NCBI GenBank assembly: GCA_965242525.1
Contig: OZ251459.1
Coordinates: forward strand, 416,001-480,000
Direction of reading: 5' to 3'
Origin: an uncultured Candidatus Binatia bacterium
GTDB taxonomy: Bacteria > Desulfobacterota > Binatia > UBA9968 > JAJDTQ01
DNA: 64,000 bases
Shown here: in pieces, positions 61,458-64,000 of the stretch
Position numbering within the stretch: position 1 is the first letter of the stretch
Layout of the letters: each line of letters starts with the position of its first letter
Program-made: the position numbers and the translations under genes
The notes under the pieces: model-generated
Told to the model about the DNA's origin: nothing
The model's database searches: none
Seen by the model: only the letters and a program-made list of their open reading frames with translations

Positions 61458-62783
61458 ATGAAGCCACGCTTCGCACGCATCGGCAGGAGGTTCCGGGTAT
61501 TCCAGGTCCTCCGCTACCGGGACTTCCGCCTCTACTGGGTCGGCCACCTGACCGCGGTGGCCGGCCACCAGATGATGATACTCGCCCAGGGGTGGCTGGC
61601 CTGGGAGTTGACCCGGTCGGAGTACGTGCTGGGCGGCCTGGGGGTAGCCGCAGCCGCCCCCGCGGTGGCCCTGAGCCTCTTCGGCGGCGCCGCGGCCGAC
61701 AAGTGGGAGCTGCGGCGCCTGCTCATCGCGTTGCAGTTCGTCACGGGGTTCGCGCTGTTGGCGCTCGCCACGCTGGTGGTCACGGAGCTGGTGCGGGTGT
61801 GGCACCTGTTCGCCATGGCCTTCGTCTTCGGCGTCATCGCGGCCTTCGACCATCCCGCGAGGCAGGCGCTCTTTCCGCACCTGCTGGACCGTCGATACTT
61901 GATGAACGCGGTCAGTCTCAACTCCATGATCTGGCCCGGCACCCGCATCTTCGGCCCGGCCCTGGGGGGAGTCGTCATCGACTGGGCGGGGGGCTTCACG
62001 GGCGCGCCGTTGTCCGGGGCCGGGGCCGCATTCTACGTGGCCGCGGCGGCGTTCGCCACGTTCGGCCTGGCGCTGTTGCCGGTGCGCACGCCGGTCGTCC
62101 GACGGACCTCGGGGGGCAGCGTCGTCCGGACCGTCCTGGGCGGACTGTCGTTCGTGTGGAACCGGAAACCGTTCCGTTCCCTCATCGCCCTGAACTACCT
62201 GGACATCTTCTTCCTGGCCTCCCACATCTCGCTGTTGCCCGTGTTCGCCGGCGTGGTGTTCGGGGGCGACGCCTCGACGCTGGGCTCCCTCTACACGGTG
62301 AGCGGCATCGGCAGCATGGCGGGCGCCCTGGCGGCCGCGAACCTCGGCGGCTTTCGGAGACGGGGCGGACTGATCCTGCTGGGCGCAGGGATACAGGCCT
62401 GCTTCCTGACGCTGTTCGGCCTGTCGGGCTCCTATCCGCTGTCGTTGTGCCTGCTGCTGGCGGCCGGCGTCGGCCTTTCCCTGTTCATGGTGAGTACGCA
62501 GACCACGGTGCAGACCCTGGCGCCCGACGAGTTCCGCGGCCGCGTCATGGCCATGTGGGGCATGAACTACAGCGTGGCCCTCCCCCTGGGACAACTCCAG
62601 ATGGGTGCGGTGGCCGGCCTCTCCCGGGAACGCCTGTCCGGCGTCCTCGGCCGCTTGGCCGGCGCCCCCTCCGCAGTCGTCCTGGGCGGCCTCGCCATGC
62701 TCGCGGTGGTGGGCGTCACCGCGGCCGCCAACCGCCCGGTCCGGGACCTCACCCCGGACGGTCCGCGGCCGGACGCAGCCTGA
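61458..62783 (+). CDS. MFS transporter (DUF894/H+ antiporter-like)
   Basis: RYRDFRLYW, GGAAADK, AFDHPARQAL, RGRVMA. Confidence 0.9.
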   Translation: MKPRFARIGRRFRVFQVLRYRDFRLYWVGHLTAVAGHQMMILAQGWLAWELTRSEYVLGGLGVAAAAPAVALSLFGGAAADKWELRRLLIALQFVTGFALLALATLVVTELVRVWHLFAMAFVFGVIAAFDHPARQALFPHLLDRRYLMNAVSLNSMIWPGTRIFGPALGGVVIDWAGGFTGAPLSGAGAAFYVAAAAFATFGLALLPVRTPVVRRTSGGSVVRTVLGGLSFVWNRKPFRSLIALNYLDIFFLASHISLLPVFAGVVFGGDASTLGSLYTVSGIGSMAGALAAANLGGFRRRGGLILLGAGIQACFLTLFGLSGSYPLSLCLLLAAGVGLSLFMVSTQTTVQTLAPDEFRGRVMAMWGMNYSVALPLGQLQMGAVAGLSRERLSGVLGRLAGAPSAVVLGGLAMLAVVGVTAAANRPVRDLTPDGPRPDAA

Positions 62784-62892
62784 CGCGCCTCTTTCCCGGG
62801 CCCGTCCCGACCGGAGCTCCCTTCGACTCCGCCGCGCTCGACGCGGGTGGGCCAAGGGAAGGAAACCCTGAGCCGTCGCGCCATGGACGGAA

Positions 62893-63165
62893 GGAACCTC
62901 TGAACAATCGAGACATCCGGGATGGATTCCCGATTTCCTCACCCTGACGCCCCTATCCCCGTTCGTCCCGAGCGTAGCGTAGCGGAGTCCCCCATTCATC
63001 CTGAGCGTAGCGAAGCGAAGTCCTCCGTTCATCCTGAGCGTAGCGAAGCGGAGTCCCCCATTCGTCCCGAGCGTAGCGAAGCGAAGTCCCCCGTTCGTCC
63101 CGAGCGTAGCGGAGCGAAGTCGAAGGACGCGCTCATGCCCCCTGTCCCGATTGTCCAGAGGTTCC
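62893..63165. mobile_element. MITE copy containing five tandem ~33-bp REP-like units; 4-bp target duplication GGAA
   Basis: GGAACCTCTGAACAATCG ... CGATTGTCCAGAGGTTCC; GGAA at 62889-62892 and 63166-63169. A further solo REP-like unit lies near 63210-63249. Confidence 0.75.
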
Positions 63166-63281
63166 GGAAGACTTCCCTCACCCTGACCCTCCTGTCCCCG
63201 TTCTACTCCCGTTCGTCCTGAGCGTAGCGAAGCGGAGTCGAAGGACGCATCTTGCGCTGCACTGCGTGGGATCCCCCGGTC

Positions 63282-64000
63282 TCACAGGTCGGCCTTGCGG
63301 ATCTCCTTCCGGGCGGCCACGAGGCCCAGTGTAGCGCCGACGCAGACCGCGGCGCCCAGCATGAGGGTTGCGGGAGCGCCGACCAGCGCGGCCACGAAAC
63401 CCGACTGGGCTTCTCCGAGGCTCGGGCCGCCCACCCCCAGCATCCGCTGGAAGCTCAGGATGCGTCCCCTCAGGCGGTCCGGGGTGGCGGTCTGGATGAT
63501 GACGTTGCGGAGCACCATCTGGACGGCTTCGAAGAAGCCCAGCAGGAAGACCGCGGCCACCGACAGCAGGAAACGGCCCGACAGGGCCAGCGCCGCCAGG
63601 CAGAAGGAATACGCGAATATCCCGAACGCCACCCAGATGCCCTTGTAGCGAAGGTCGCCCAGAGACAACACCAGGGCGACTCCGAGGATGGCGCCCAGAG
63701 CCGCGGCGGAGAGCAGCAGCCCGAAGCCTTCGGCGCCGGCCCCGACGACGGCTGCGAAGATGGGCAGCAGGCCCCGGTAGCTTCCGAAATAGACGGCGAC
63801 CAGTTCCATGCCGAGAAAGACCCACACCGCGGTTTCCCGGCGCACGAAGGCGATGCCCTCCATGAGGCTCCGGAAGGGTGACCCGGGGCTGTGGGGGACC
63901 TCCGACGCGTACCGGATGGCGGCCACCAGGAACACCGCGGAGAAATAGACGCCGCCGTTGAGGGCGTAGGTGAAGCCGGAACTGAACCAGGCGATGAGGA
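63282..64000 (-). CDS. MFS transporter, C-terminal part (starts beyond the window)
   Basis: Hydrophobic helices, QTATPDRLRGRI; the frame stays open to the window end. Confidence 0.85.
   Translation of the reverse strand, partial: LIAWFSSGFTYALNGGVYFSAVFLVAAIRYASEVPHSPGSPFRSLMEGIAFVRRETAVWVFLGMELVAVYFGSYRGLLPIFAAVVGAGAEGFGLLLSAAALGAILGVALVLSLGDLRYKGIWVAFGIFAYSFCLAALALSGRFLLSVAAVFLLGFFEAVQMVLRNVIIQTATPDRLRGRILSFQRMLGVGGPSLGEAQSGFVAALVGAPATLMLGAAVCVGATLGLVAARKEIRKADL

Noticed and set aside
62957-63131. Possible second CRISPR array
   Set aside because: The units are contiguous with no unique spacers and match the dispersed REP-like element.

Overview
High-GC bacterial window (about 70% GC in sampled core lines), dominated by catabolic and transport genes: amidases, amidohydrolases, SDRs, TauD and IPNS oxygenases, CoA transferase and ligase, an Ltp2-like thiolase with DUF35 partner, paired acyl-CoA dehydrogenases, TTT and MFS transporters, plus glnS-YqeY. 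It holds two defence regions. (1) A type I-D-like CRISPR-Cas locus (8471-23457): divergent WYL regulator, cas6, cas10d with a probable internal cas11d start, cas7/csc2, cas5/csc1, cas3', cas4 split by an IS630 element, cas1, cas2, and an array of 55 repeats (28 nt) and 54 spacers. (2) A lower-GC island (about 43.3-50.3 kb) encoding P-loop ATPase, PLD nuclease, a second P-loop ATPase, HerA-like ATPase and an unknown protein, facing an amino-DNA methyltransferase. I cannot assign this island to a named system and consider it the best novelty candidate. Other hidden features are a UGA-recoded UGSC-type selenoprotein with a downstream SECIS-like hairpin and a family of IS5-like MITEs with 4-bp target duplications carrying REP-like cargo. 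All calls come from reading motifs by eye; no database searches were run.
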